Positions 1 through 14,757 are shown, counted from the whole stretch's first letter. The stretch: 63,653 bases of DNA, filler included, from Octopus bimaculoides (GCF_001194135.2; 7 parts of 6 records of this genome joined end to end with filler, not necessarily neighbours in it); one strand, 5' to 3'. Program-made: numbers and translations. The notes: generated from the letters alone by a model not told the origin.

Positions 1-208
1 ATCTTTTACTTGTTTCACTCATTTAACTGTGGCCATACTGGAGCACCGTCTTGACGAGGTTTTAGTCGAAGAAATCGCCCTAGGTCTTATTTTTTAAAAG
101 CCTAGAACTTGCTCTATCAGTTTCTTTTGCCGAACAGCAAAGTTAGGGGACATAAATACACCAGAATCGGTTGTCATGCGACAGTGGTGGGACAAAGACA
201 GACACAAA

Positions 209-245
<37 letters not shown>

Positions 246-392
246 CCATTTCCGTCTACTAAATCCACTCGCAAACCTTTGATCGGCCCGAGGCTATCGT
301 AGGAGATACCTACCCAAGGTGCCATGCAGTCGGACTGAACCTGGATCACTGTGGTTGACAAGCAAGTTTCTTATGATGACACAGCCACGATT
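1..392 (-). mobile_element. tRNA-head SINE, family A (internal microsatellite), near full length
   Basis: Reverse complement gives a Pol III A/B-box head (GTGGCTGTGT...GGTTCAGTCCGACTG), an internal (TG)n tract and the tail GCTCCAGTATGGCC...GAAACAAGTAAAAG. It matches more than 15 other copies in the window. Confidence 0.9.
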
Positions 393-419
393 TTTCTACT
401 TTATATTTAAGTCTTGTTT

Positions 420-3330
<2,911 letters not shown>

Positions 3331-3668
3331 ATCCCTGTTCTTTACAGACATACTTACACATACAAACATACACAATACACTCTCACACACATTCTGAGTG
3401 GAAACCTTTATCATAATCGCAGACAATGGTATCGAACTATTTGCTTCGTGTTTATCAACCGATTATTATTATTCATCATTAATATACAACTTACTATGTG
3501 TGTGTGTGTATATATGTATGTATGTAGACACGTGTGTGCGTATGTGTATGTGCACACAATCACAGCGAATACACGCAAGCATGTATAAAAGTATGTTAAG
3601 TTTATGTGAGAATTGGTGTGTATTGATGAGTGTGCGTATTATGCATGTGTAAAGATATGTTTTTTATG

Positions 3669-3716
<48 letters not shown>

Positions 3717-3861
3717 CTCTCTCTCTCTCTCTCTCACACATTCACATAGGAACTCACTATATCTCTTGTGACATTTCAGTCATAACATTGTTCTACCCAA
3801 GGTCACATTTATATAAACATTGTCTGAAATGATAGCTTCATCTTGTTCATGTTAAACACAC

Positions 3862-3960
3862 AGTCTGCCTGTCTGCCTGCCAGCCAGCCTGCCAGCCAGC
3901 CTGCCAGCCAGCCTGCCTGCCTTTCAGTCTGTCTGCACGCCTCTCCGTCTGTCTGCCTGT
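3862..3960. repeat. (GCCT/GCCA/GTCT)n tetranucleotide low-complexity tract
   Basis: Seen directly; it accounts for the PASQ/WLAG pseudo-ORFs. Confidence 0.9.
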
Positions 3961-4499
3961 CCGCCACATCCCCATTCACCACCACTACACACACCGTCAG
4001 CCAATCAGCGCAATCTGCACGTATGTCAGACTTTCTCTCTGGGTACCGAACATTCATACTCCTTTTACTAGTCCGAGGCCTTTGCCTGTTCACTTGAATG
4101 CTAGAAACAACAACCAAATCTACTTCAGATCATACCCTAGCCTTATTGAATACACAGTTCAAAAAGATACACAACTGAAAAACATTGACACAATGGTTGA
4201 CTAGAAGTTTAAACGACCAAAAAAATTTATTACATACATGAGTCGATGAAGAAGCTTTTCTCCAATAAGCTCAATCTACAAAAATCGTAGTCAAATCTCC
4301 CTTAAATTACACCATATTCTGTGTATATGTATGATCTGTGTGTGCGTGCGCGCGTGTGCATGTGTGCGTGTGTATGCGTGTGTTTATGTGTGTGTGAGTG
4401 TGGTGCATATTCAAATATTTAAATAGATTACTTGCACTCATTATTCAAACCCACGCATAGATATTCTTTCTTTTTTTTAAATGTGACGGTCTTACATAA

Positions 4500-5290
4500 A
4501 TATTTATTTGTTGAAGGGTTCATTCATTATGTCAGTAAAAATGGATGTACATCTTATGATGAGGTTAGAATTAGATGAAAACATTGATGGAGTTGCTTCC
4601 CCTATTTCCCGATATACTGCAAATAATGTTAAACATTGACTAACGTCGATTTCTTCTCGCTTTACGTCTTTCTCAACCAACAGCAGGGAGAGGGATCGAC
4701 AGAGAAAAAAGGGAGCACGTGGATGAAGGGGAAGGAGAAAGGCTAGGAGTTGAAGAGGGAGAAAGGCTAGGAATATTCTATCCCTTCTACTTACTCTCCT
4801 TCTCTCTCTCTCCCTCTTCAATTCCTAGCCTTTCTCACTCTTGAATTCTTAGCCTTTCTCCTTCCCCTTCATCTACTTCCCCCTTCTTTTCTCTGTCGCT
4901 CTCTCTCCCTGCTGTCTTTCTCCTCTGCCTGCTGCTGACACGTGACCAGCGGCCAGTTCCTCTTTTTTTCTTTTCTTAGACTCAGTCGCAAATTCTGTCT
5001 CTCCGTTCTCCATCGTTCAAAACATTTTCTAAGCGTCATCCACTATTCTCGTCTTCTTGGCCCCAAGGCTGTATTTTCTTAGACTGTTTGCTCTCGTCCA
5101 CCGTCCTACGTCACACTCTGTGTCGTTTTGCTTGTCTTGTTTCGTTTTGTTTGCTCTTGTCCCGAATTCTACTCAAGAAATTTTTTTTTTGCAGGCACTG
5201 CTGACTGGGAAGCATTCAACCTTATCATTAAAGGCGCGAAACTGGAAAGTTACCATTGATCGATAACTGATGAAGAATTATGAACTTTCT
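4500..5290 (+). mobile_element. Probable Penelope-like element 3' fragment
   Basis: Long pyrimidine-rich CT tract ending in ACTGATGAAG, the same architecture as other fragments at 43.3-44.0 kb and 60.3-60.7 kb. No clear protein motif. Confidence 0.35.
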
Positions 5291-5350
5291 GTTCGTCTCT
5301 TGTTTGTTTATCATGTAATGGAACGCAACACACACCGTATTTGTATTAAC

Positions 5351-5586
5351 AGCAAATAAGTCACCAGGATTTCCAGGTACCAGTGCATTACGGACGTTTC
5401 AAGCGGCTCCATGTAATCGATCAATGAAGACATTACATCAATAGGAAATAAGCCGCTCTCCTCGGAAACAGCCGAGGAGAGTGGGTTATTTCATATTGAT
5501 GTAATACTTTCATTGATCGATTAGATGGAACCGCTTGAAACGGCCGTAATGCACTGGTACCTGGAAATCTTTGTTACTTATTTGCT
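5351..5586. repeat. Long inverted repeat (~115 bp arms, 6 nt spacer) made of two hammerhead-like motifs
   Basis: Arms 5351-5465 and 5472-5586 are reverse complements at roughly 90% identity. Each strand reads CCGAGGA...GAAAC-G(G/T)CC-GTA. Confidence 0.9.
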
Positions 5587-5673
5587 TTTTATTCACCAAA
5601 CTTCGAGCTGCGCGGACTTTATCGAACGGCCTTGCTGCCTCAATTCAAGTACCTAATTCAACTGAATCTCAAT

Positions 5674-5679
<6 letters not shown>

Positions 5680-5721
<42 letters not shown>

Positions 5722-6066
5722 CGTGTGTGTGCGTGTGTGTGTGTGTGCGTTGTTTTTGTGTATTTGTGTNNNNNNNNNNNNNNNNNNNNNNNNNNNNNNN
5801 NNNNNNNNNNNNNNNNNNNNNNNNNNNNNNNNNNNNNNNNNNNNNNNNNNNNNNNNCCCCCCCCCCCTCACCGCTTGACAACCCGTGGCGGTGTATTTAC
5901 GTCCCCATACCTTAGCGGTTCGGCAAAACTGACTGAAAGAATAAATACCAGACTTAAAAAGAAATTTTTTTAAAAATTAACACTGGGGTTGATTCATTCG
6001 ACTAAAACTTCTTGAAGTCAGAGCCCCAGCATGGCCGCAGTCTAATGACAAACAAATAAATTAATA
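5680..6066 (+). mobile_element. SINE family A, 3' half (spans a gap)
   Basis: (TG)n, then CGCTTGACAACC...CTTAGCGGTTCGGCAAAA...CCAGCATGGCCGCAGTCTAATGAC, then an A-rich tail. Confidence 0.85.
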
Positions 6067-6979
6067 AATAAATAAAAGTCCCGCGAGGAGAGTAATGAAA
6101 GTTCCAACACAGCTAACAATAAAGAACAGCAACTGGAGTCACATAAACCTCGTTAGAAATAGCGGCTTGACCAATAATAAGTGCAACTGCACTAAGTATT
6201 TTTTACTCACTACTCCTCATTTCCCCGCACTCGATCTAAATTTGCATCAAAAACTGTTATTGTTCTTAATACGACATTTTTGACTCTGGGGGCAGTGTTG
6301 TATTATTTTTTCGGGTGTTTTTGTATGTTTTTCTTTCTTTTGTGTGTATGTACGATGATTTTTACTGTTTGTAAAACTACAGAATTGAATTTTTCCTGAT
6401 AATATCCCTTCAGCTAGAAACGGTATGGCGTGCACATCGTAGAGAGATAAATTCATCATAGTTACATTGGCCAAACAGTAAAATGTTGGGGCTTTATATA
6501 TTTTGGAGTTCGTCTTGCAGGTGGGAGTCACGTGGTTGTAGTCTAGGTGTGTTTTAATGGTGTAATTTAAGGCATACTGAGAAACATTTTTATAAATCGT
6601 TTAATTGTGTGACCAGAAATAAGCAGTTTTGTGGAGGAAAAAGTAGAATAAGGACGAGAGCGAGGAGGAAAACAAGAATAAGGCGATCATCTGTAAAATG
6701 GTGAGGAAAAGGATGCGAAAGGCAAAGACAATATTGATATAGAAGGGTAGGTGTTATTTGGTTCGTTCAAGTTTGGTAAGTAACGTTTGCCTTTGAATTG
6801 GATTTATTTTCTGTAGGAAATTAAAGATTGGTTTTATTTTATAGTTTGGAATCATTCATGCATCTATGTAAATCAGGTCCAAGAGGTCACATTTGTATTT
6901 AAGCAAACACACACACACACACACACACACTCACTCAAATATAATATAATATAGTATAACACGGTATAATATATGTTAT

Positions 6980-7119
6980 GAGGGCGCATGGCCTAGTGAT
7001 TAGGGTGTTGCACGCGAGATCGTGGTTTCAATTCATACACCGGGTGGTGCGTTGCGTTGTTCATGAGCAAAATACTTCATCTCACGATGACCTGCAATCT
7101 CATCGACCCCTGATGCGTG
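6980..7119 (+). mobile_element. tRNA-head SINE, family C, 5' part
   Basis: A-box GGCCTAGTGATTAGG, B-box GGTTTCAATTC, then GAGCAAAATACTTCATCTCACG shared with the copies at 27.9, 42.1 and 49.5 kb. Confidence 0.75.
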
Positions 7120-7874
7120 NNNNNNNNNNNNNNNNNNNNNNNNNNNNNNNNNNNNNNNNNNNNNNNNNNNNNNNNNNNNNNNNNNNNNNNNNNNNNNNNN
7201 NNNNNNNNNNNNNNNNNNNNNNNNNNNNNNNNNNNNNNNNNNNNNNNNNNNNNNNNNNNNNNNNNNNNNNNNNNNNNNNNNNNNNNNNNNNNNNNNNNNN
7301 NNNNNNNNNNNNNNNNNNNNNNNNNNNNNNNNNNNNNNNNNNNNNNNNNNNNNNNNNNNNNNNNNNNNNNNNNNNNNNNNNNNNNNNNNNNNNNNNNNNN
7401 NNNNNNNNNNNNNNNNNNNNNNNNNNNNNNNNNNNNNNNNNNNNNNNNNNNNNNNNNNNNNNNNNNNNNNNNNNNNNNNNNNNNNNNNNNNNNNNNNNNN
7501 NNNNNNNNNNNNNNNNNNNNNNNNNNNNNNNNNNNNNNNNNNNNNNNNNNNNNNNNNNNNNNNNNNNNNNNNNNNNNNNNNNNNNNNNNNNNNNNNNNNN
7601 NNNNNNNNNNNNNNNNNNNNNNNNNNNNNNNNNNNNNNNNNNNNNNNNNNNNNNNNNNNNNNNNNNNNNNNNNNNNNNNNNNNNNNNNNNNNNNNNNNNN
7701 NNNNNNNNNNNNNNNNNNNNNNNNNNNNNNNNNNNNNNNNNNNNNNNNNNNNNNNNNNNNNNNNNNNNNNNNNNNNNNNNNNNNNNNNNNNNNNNNNNNN
7801 NNNNNNNNNNNNNNNNNNNNNNNNNNNNNNNNNNNNNNNNNNNNNNNNNNNNNNNNNNNNNNNNNNNNNNNNNN

Positions 7875-7913
<39 letters not shown>

Positions 7914-7980
7914 TGTGTTAAATTAAGAAGGAATGACGAGTGAAATTTCTGTAACTAATAATTACACCCTTTAAGCTTAC

Positions 7981-8103
7981 AAGCGTCACCGTGTATGCTT
8001 CCCACAAGTCTTGCTTTGAAGGTTCTGTCCTACTATCTCGTCCGAATAGCACTTTTGTCCCGTTTAACACTGAAATGTCTAGGTTAGGAACTAGAGGCTT
8101 AAA
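7981..8103 (-). CDS. Candidate internal coding exon of unknown product (FKPLVPNLDISVLNGTKVLFGRDSRTEPSKQDLWEAYTVTL)
   Basis: Acceptor TCTTGTTGCCAATCTCAG, 123 nt open phase 0-0, donor GTAAGC, in non-repeat sequence. No recognised homology. Confidence 0.25.
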
Positions 8104-8234
8104 CTGAGATTGGCAACAAGAAGTCCTAATCCTGCAGTGCACCATTCAGATACAAGCTAATAAACACTGAAATCGTGGTTCAGTCTTAACCCAATGCTGC
8201 ATCTCTTTATTGGATATCTAGCGGATGTATGATG

Positions 8235-8266
<32 letters not shown>

Positions 8267-8514
8267 TGTGTAACGGCATTCTCAAGTCACAGACGCTTAG
8301 ATAATGTAGTTTACTCATAGCTGGATTCCAGGGCTACAAAAGTATTATTTCTGAGATTAAAAATATGTCATATAATTAAGAAACGTTTATGGATTCCGTC
8401 AATATTTCCTATAAATAATAAGGGAAGGGTAACTAAGCTACCGCCAACTCTGTTACTAGTTCAAAATCTTATTGCAGTTGAGAAAATGATGTACGTTGAG
8501 CCTAATTTTCGATT

Positions 8515-8723
8515 TGCTATCTTTTATATTTCAGTCATTTGACTGCGGCCATGCTGGGGCTCCGCCTTGAAGAAATTTTAGTCAAATGAATCGGCCTCAG
8601 TACTTAAATTGTTTTAAAAGTCTGGTACTTATTGTATCGGTTCCTTTTGCTGAACCGCGAAGTTACTAGGACGAAAACACACCAGCACGGGTTGTCAAGA
8701 GGTGGTGGGTGCAAACACAAATT

Positions 8724-8763
<40 letters not shown>
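8515..8763 (-). mobile_element. SINE family A, 3' half
   Basis: TTTCAGTCATTTGACTGCGGCCATGCTGG...GGTTGTCAAG...(CA)n running into a gap. Confidence 0.88.
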
Positions 8764-9129
8764 NNNNNNNNNNNNNNNNNNNNNNNNNNNNNNNNNNNNN
8801 NNNNNNNNNNNNNNNNNNNNNNNNNNNNNNNNNNNNNNNNNNNNNNNNNNNNNNNNNNNNNNNNNNNNNNNNNNNNNNNNNNNNNNNNNNNNNNNNNNNN
8901 NNNNNNNNNNNNNNNNNNNNNNNNNNNNNNNNNNNNNNNNNNNNNNNNNNNNNNNNNNNNNNNNNNNNNNNNNNNNNNNNNNNNNNNNNNNNNNNNNNNN
9001 NGTACCACCCAAACAGCTACACCTGCGACTATGAGTGAAATTAGATGATAAAAAATTTTCACACAAGCATCTATGTCACATGTATTTGAATGCTGGCACC
9101 GTTTGAGCCGAAGAAATTATGGGAAACCT

Positions 9130-9166
9130 ATGTATGTATGTATGTATGTATGTATGTATGTATGTA

Positions 9167-9201
<35 letters not shown>

Positions 9202-9365
9202 GTGTGTGTATGTATGTATGTATGAAAACACGTACATGTGTCTATCTATCTATCTATCTATCTCAACACACATGCATACATATATATACAGGCATAGATA
9301 CACGCACATATGTTTGGACCGGTTTAGAGCCCGACCATAATAATAATAAATAAGTTTTCTATGAA

Positions 9366-9402
<37 letters not shown>

Positions 9403-9545
9403 CGTTTCTTCACACACTCCTATATATATGTACGCACGCATGCATACATACTCTCGTAGGCGCGCGCGCACATACACACACATGTGCGCAGACACACACA
9501 CATACATGCATGCATACATACATACATACATAATGCAGCCATACA
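9130..9545. repeat. Compound (TATG)n/(TG)n/(TATC)n/(CA)n microsatellite region
   Basis: Seen directly. Confidence 0.9.
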
Positions 9546-9769
9546 TTTATACAGTGACCTGACACTGTTCTCTTAAAGATAAATCTAAAATTCAAAGTGA
9601 CACAAGGCCAGTTGTTGGTTGACAAGAATAAGAAAAAGTTAGTTTAGCAGCTGAAATTCACATCATACCAATAGACCAATCAAATGCTGGCAACTAGGTG
9701 CCAACTTTTACATATTTCAACCATTCCTTTACCAACGGCATTTCTGAAATATAGGTCAACTATTTTGGT

Positions 9770-9814
9770 TCATTCACTGTCAAAGCTTGCTCTTTTCAAG
9801 CTTGGCTTCTCACT
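9770..9814 (-). CDS. Candidate terminal coding exon (SEKPSLKRASFDSE-stop)
   Basis: Acceptor TTTTTTTACCTAACATACCGCAG (CTAAC branch-like motif plus CAG), 15 codons ending in TGA. Short, so chance cannot be excluded. Confidence 0.25.
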   Translation of the reverse strand, partial: SEKPSLKRASFDSE

Positions 9815-10295
9815 CTGCGGTATGTTAGGTAAAAAAATGCAGTTTTAACTTGGAGAGAACTACTTTAACATATTCCTCTTCTTCCTACTTTTTCCGTTTT
9901 GTAAGTTTGGTTAGTTAGGTTAAATTATGGAGATTTGAAAACATAGATAAATAAAAGGAATCATATAGGTTTATAACTGGACTTGTTGGTTTATAAATAA
10001 TTTATATTATATACAAACTATGAGGATGTATAGATTGTTTTCTATGCGTACATGGACAAATTCAATACACACACGCAGGCATGTGCGGATGTACACAGCG
10101 CGCGCGTGTGTACGTGTGTGTGTGTACGCGGGTATGACAAATTGTTAAGAATCACGAAGACCGGCAAGTGTCTTTTATTATAGATTCAGATTAAAACAAG
10201 TCTTGGAAATGAAAAACTGGGTCGACAGAATCTGTGTTGAAGGTCAACATGTAGACTGTTAACATACTTCAAAGGGACCTTTGATATATACATAC

Positions 10296-10397
10296 CTTTT
10301 TGTTTTACGCCAAAAATTGGTGCATGGTATCAGAATTTTTGCAACCGTCTAGTTTGTACTTTACACTAATTTCTACATATTTTTCAAATTCCTTTAA
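10296..10397 (-). other. Candidate 102 nt exon containing one in-frame TAA (LKEFEKYVEISVKYKLDGCKNSDTMHQFLA*NKK)
   Basis: Acceptor AACCTTCCTCAG, donor AAG/GTATGT, exactly 34 codons, single stop at 10305-10307. Confidence 0.22.
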
Positions 10398-10519
10398 CTG
10401 AGGAAGGTTTACGTAATGGATGCATTTCCTGTTATATATATTATATATTACGCAAGCATGAAACGTACGGATTAAATGGTTTTAAAATATCACTATTTGG
10501 TTTGACTTCATTATTACAG

Positions 10520-10571
<52 letters not shown>

Positions 10572-10621
10572 NNNNNNNNNNNNNNNNNNNNNNNNNNNNN
10601 NNNNNNNNNNNNNNNNNNNNN

Positions 10622-10664
<43 letters not shown>

Positions 10665-10724
10665 CGTGCGCGTGCGCGCGTATATATTCAAGACAGTGGT
10701 CTTCAAGGGGTTTTTAATCGAATA

Positions 10725-10895
10725 AATCGATCGCAGGACTTACTCTTTATAAGCCTTGTACTTATTCTATCGGTCTCTTTTGCCAAACCCACTAACTTAC
10801 GGGGACGTAAACACACCAACATCGGTTGTCAAGCGGTAAGGAGGGGGCAATCACAGACACAAACACACATGCACATAGATATGTACATATACGAT
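10725..10895 (-). mobile_element. SINE family A, internal fragment
   Basis: CTTATTCTATCGGTCTCTTTTGCC...GGGGACGTAAACACACC...GGTTGTCAAGCG. Confidence 0.85.
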
Positions 10896-11293
10896 GGGCT
10901 TTACATCATGGCGTGCGCTCTTGGACTTTCAACATTCCTCTTGGTTCCAGTTCAAGATTGGAGATGTTCGACTTGAGCTCTGCATTGGAAATGCACGGAT
11001 TTCTACCCTATCAAGACTTGGCAAAGCCGTTTTGGCGCCGCTGATTCGACGCCGACTAATTTGACATCAGGCGTTTTAAAGTTTCTCTCCTTTAAATGTT
11101 TCTCTCGTTGTCTTTATCCATCTCTGTGTTTATGTGTATAAGCATATCTCTCTTTATAAGTATGAGGAAACGGAATGTGTTTATGTCAATCGTGTTCAGT
11201 TGATAAATTAAAGTGTTTCCCTCTCTCTCATTTTCTTTACCTGCGTGTGCATATTTCTGTGCGATTCAGCATGTATGCATCTGTATGTGTTCT

Positions 11294-11326
<33 letters not shown>

Positions 11327-11952
11327 CTTGCATGCGTGTGTGTCTACCTGTCCGTCTCTATGTATGTGAGTGTATTTACCTCCAGTGCCAAAATGTACCA
11401 TTGCCAAAAAAGGTTGTACGTCCAGTCAGCCGTGCCGAATGGTTAACGTCGAAACAGCCGCGCCCATTTGCCTCATTCTGACATTATATAAATATGTATG
11501 TGCGTGTGTATGTGTGTGTCAGTGTGTGTACTTATATATTTATGTATGTATACACTCGCATATACCTGGGGAAATATCTGTTAAGATAAGAAGAAGCTAC
11601 TTTATGTGTGAAGGGATTTTTTTAAAGAAATCAAAGGAAGCGGTGAAAAATAATCTACACCTGGCTTTTGATATTTGATAACAGAGACACTGATATTTTC
11701 ATGATCGTATATTAATATGTAATGCTAAGCATGTTAGTATGCAATATGGAAACTTAACAGAAAAGTAGGCCGTAACGTTCTTCATAGTTATGGAAAGGTA
11801 ATTAATTAATTTTATTACATCAGGACTAATGAGAAAGATCATTTTCAAAATATCTGGTCAGATACATGCATACACACACAAACGCACAAACCCACACATA
11901 CATACATGCTCACGTAAATCAACAATAGGAGCGGCACATACATGAAATTATG

Positions 11953-12095
11953 GACGCAGACGTGGTTCTGTGGTAAGAAGTTTGCTTCCCAACTACGTGG
12001 TTCCGGCGCCTTGGCAAGTGTTTTCTACTATAGCACCGAGCCGGCCAAAGCCTGTTGAGGGAATTTGGTAGATGGAAACTGAAAGAAGCCCGTCG
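11953..12095 (+). mobile_element. SINE family A, 5' half (tRNA head with a small deletion)
   Basis: GTGGTTCTGTGGTAAGAAGTTTGCTTCCC...TTGGCAAGTG...GGAAACTGAAAGAAGCCCGTCG. Confidence 0.85.
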
Positions 12096-12350
12096 ACTCT
12101 GTCTGTCACCGTTTCAATGTCCTACAATTGAACACTAGCTCTCTCCCTCAAAATTTGTGATATCAATACTTGTATTTTTTTAGGATTTGAACGCATTTAC
12201 AGGGAATTTTGCTTCTTCATTGCCGGGATAATTTCAATTAAGTTTTTCTACTCATTATTGCGTAAATAAAACTCTTCCTCAGCCTTATTGTTGATACGCA
12301 GACGCACACATATATATTACAAATACACACACATCGCACACAATGCACTT

Positions 12351-12388
<38 letters not shown>

Positions 12389-12747
12389 GCCCCCCCCCAC
12401 ACACACACACACATGGGTGCTAATCATAATTGAGTGACTCAGTTCTGTAATCAAAAATCTCTAATTATTCCTGCACATTTGCTTATCTCCCCTTTCACTT
12501 CACTCTTTCGCTGCGTGACAACTTTTTACACATTTCCGCTCGAACAGCATAATCTTGACCGCCACGATTAATTGTTGTCAGAGGAAAATTAAAATAGCTT
12601 CAACATTGAACCCCTCCGCTCTTTAAAAGCTTTCATTATGAATGTAAATAAAAAATATTGTTGTAAAGCATAAATAAGAATAATACAAAGTCATGGAGTT
12701 AAATATCCCTCAGAAATATCGGATTTGGTATATTCTTTTCTATTCTA

Positions 12748-13192
12748 CAGCCTTGACCAAAAGTATTTGGCCACCCCAATCTTTGGGGGTTCTGCTGTCT
12801 CAATGTTAATGAAACTCGAGCCCATGGTAGATCATGGTATATTTCACAATATACATTAGTTTTAATATCTGACCTCGTTCACACTCACTCAACTCCCTTG
12901 ATTTAGGCATTTTATTGTTTATTAACTGTATCTACAACGTATTTTAGCATAAAACTCTGAAATAATCAAGGAAACATAAGTTAATTTTGGACTTTGGTCT
13001 TACTCATAACTGGTTGCATATGTACAGTACAGTATAAAAGCAGTAATTGATGCTAAAGGAGGGTCAGTCAGATATTAAAACTAAAGTATATTTTGAAATA
13101 TACCATAATCTACCAAGTGCACGAGTTTCATTAGCATTGAGACAGCAGAACCCCAAAACATTGGGGTGGCCTAATACTTTTAGCCAAGGGCA
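12748..13192. mobile_element. Tc1-derived MITE with ~125 bp TIRs
   Basis: Left TA-CAGCCTTGACCAAAAGTATTTGGCCACCCC...GAAACTCG...AATATCTGAC is the reverse complement of 13065-13190. No coding capacity. Confidence 0.9.
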
Positions 13193-13390
13193 CAAGGCTC
13201 GGAATTTTGGGGGAAGGGCCAGCCGATTAGATTGACCCCAGTATGCAACTGGTTCTTAATTTATCGACCTCGAAAGGATGAAAGGCAAAGTCGACCTCGG
13301 CGGAATTTGAACTCAGAACATAAAGACAGACAAAATACCAATGTCTTTATTGCCCACAGGGGGCCAAACATAGAATGGTACAAAACAACT
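13190..13390 (-). mobile_element. SINE family B (AGGCCTTGTGCC-type tail) plus a second tail fragment
   Basis: TTTATCGACCTCGAAAGGATGAAAGGCAAAGTCGACCTCGGCGGAATTTGAACTCAGAAC core. Confidence 0.88.
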
Positions 13391-13809
13391 GATTGGGATC
13401 AGTAATGCGAATGGTTTACATAAATATGACTTTAAAAATTTTATAAAATATAAAAAATCGAATGATATTAACAGTACGTTAGACAANNNNNNNNNNNNNN
13501 NNNNNNNNNNNNNNNNNNNNNNNNNNNNNNTTAATTAATTAANNNNNNNNNNNNNNNNNNNNNNNNNNNNNNNNNNNNNNNNNNNNGACATTGAGAAACC
13601 TTTTTAAAGAAGTGAATCTTAAATATAAAGCAATATTATTTATTTTTAATTAGAGATAAAAAAAATCAAATGAAGAGCCTAAGATTTATCCGAGGTCAAA
13701 TTATTTATGTATCACAAGTATGGAAGTAAATAGTGAAGCCGTTTTCACGTGAAAAGCGATTACACACACACCTCTGTTTTATATATAGTATAGATAGATA
13801 TATATATAT

Positions 13810-14070
13810 ATATATATAGTTATAATAATGAAGTCAAACCATAATATCCAAGATATACCATTTTTTTCAAAATGTAACCGCATATGTATCGTTGGCAATT
13901 TTCTTCCTCCATCTTCCCTTCTTTTGGACTTTCCTCTATTTCTGAAGAAGAGCAAGGCTCAAAATGTTAAATCCTCTTTCCTTTCTTTCCTGAGCGTCTG
14001 ATAATACAGTACTTGTACCATGTCCTTGCATTATTGTTTTTTCTTGTTTGTTCTTCTTTGTTTGGATTCA
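13810..14070 (+). mobile_element. Penelope-like 3' fragment with a degenerate hammerhead core
   Basis: CTGAAGA-A-GAGC-AAG-GCTC-AAAA at 13942-13964. Similar segments occur at 20.1 kb (minus) and 27.7 kb. Confidence 0.55.
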
Positions 14071-14173
14071 CCACGTATGTGTGTGTGTGTATAAGGATTA
14101 GATCGTTACTTTAAATAGTGATCAAATCAAGTGGCAGCTCAGCATGGGAATAAAAAAACCTTATAGGTTATAA

Positions 14174-14390
14174 TAATTATTAAAATTATAAATAAGGATA
14201 TCCAAGAGATACCACCATGCTTGAAATAGTAGTCAAAACCTGACTCTAAAACCACAACAAGTATTCAATATAGCACAAGTTGCAAAGGTGCTGTATTGAA
14301 TACTTGATGTGGTTTTAGAGTCAGGTTTTGACTGCTATTTCAAGCATGGTGGTATCTCTTGGATACCCTTATTTATAATTTGAATAGTTA
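14174..14390. repeat. Long inverted repeat (~100 bp arms, 11 nt spacer)
   Basis: 14183-14276 is the reverse complement of 14288-14381 with only a few mismatches. Confidence 0.95.
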
Positions 14391-14401
14391 TATATATATA
14401 T

Positions 14402-14462
14402 CAAGTGGTGCTATTAAGTTAGACGTGGCCGGGCCAATCTTTGGTCAAAACATATCTAAGTT
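14402..14462 (+). mobile_element. Very short CR1-type LINE 3' UTR fragment
   Basis: GTGGTGCTATTAAGTTAGAC..GGC...CCAATCTTTGGTC.AAACATATCTAAGTT matches the 3' end of the CR1 at 26715-26775. Confidence 0.85.
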
Positions 14463-14757
14463 ATCTACAATATATATACATGTATATATATATATATGTA
14501 TATATATTACATGTGTATAAGGGATGACCACTAGGTGGACATCCAATATGCTAGAAAGAGGTCATCAACGACCCAACCACAAAGAAAAATAATGTTCTCC
14601 AGAAAAATTTCGCAAAACACCAGAACAGGACAAAATGAAAAATATACAGAATAAAGAATTAGCTGTGTACTGTAGTTTCGAACATTAACGTTTTACTTAC
14701 GTAACAACATCCGTGTTCTCGTCAGCACAACCATTCTAGAATCAATATAATTTGCAG

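Noticed and set aside
6230-6540. snRNA gene or promoter (octamer ATTTGCAT, Sm-like ATTTTTGA, CACGTG box)
   Set aside because: No recognisable U-snRNA body, and such short motifs are expected by chance in AT-rich DNA.
13742-13755. 14 bp palindrome TTTTCACGTGAAAA (E-box)
   Set aside because: Isolated short palindrome, plausible by chance in 63 kb.
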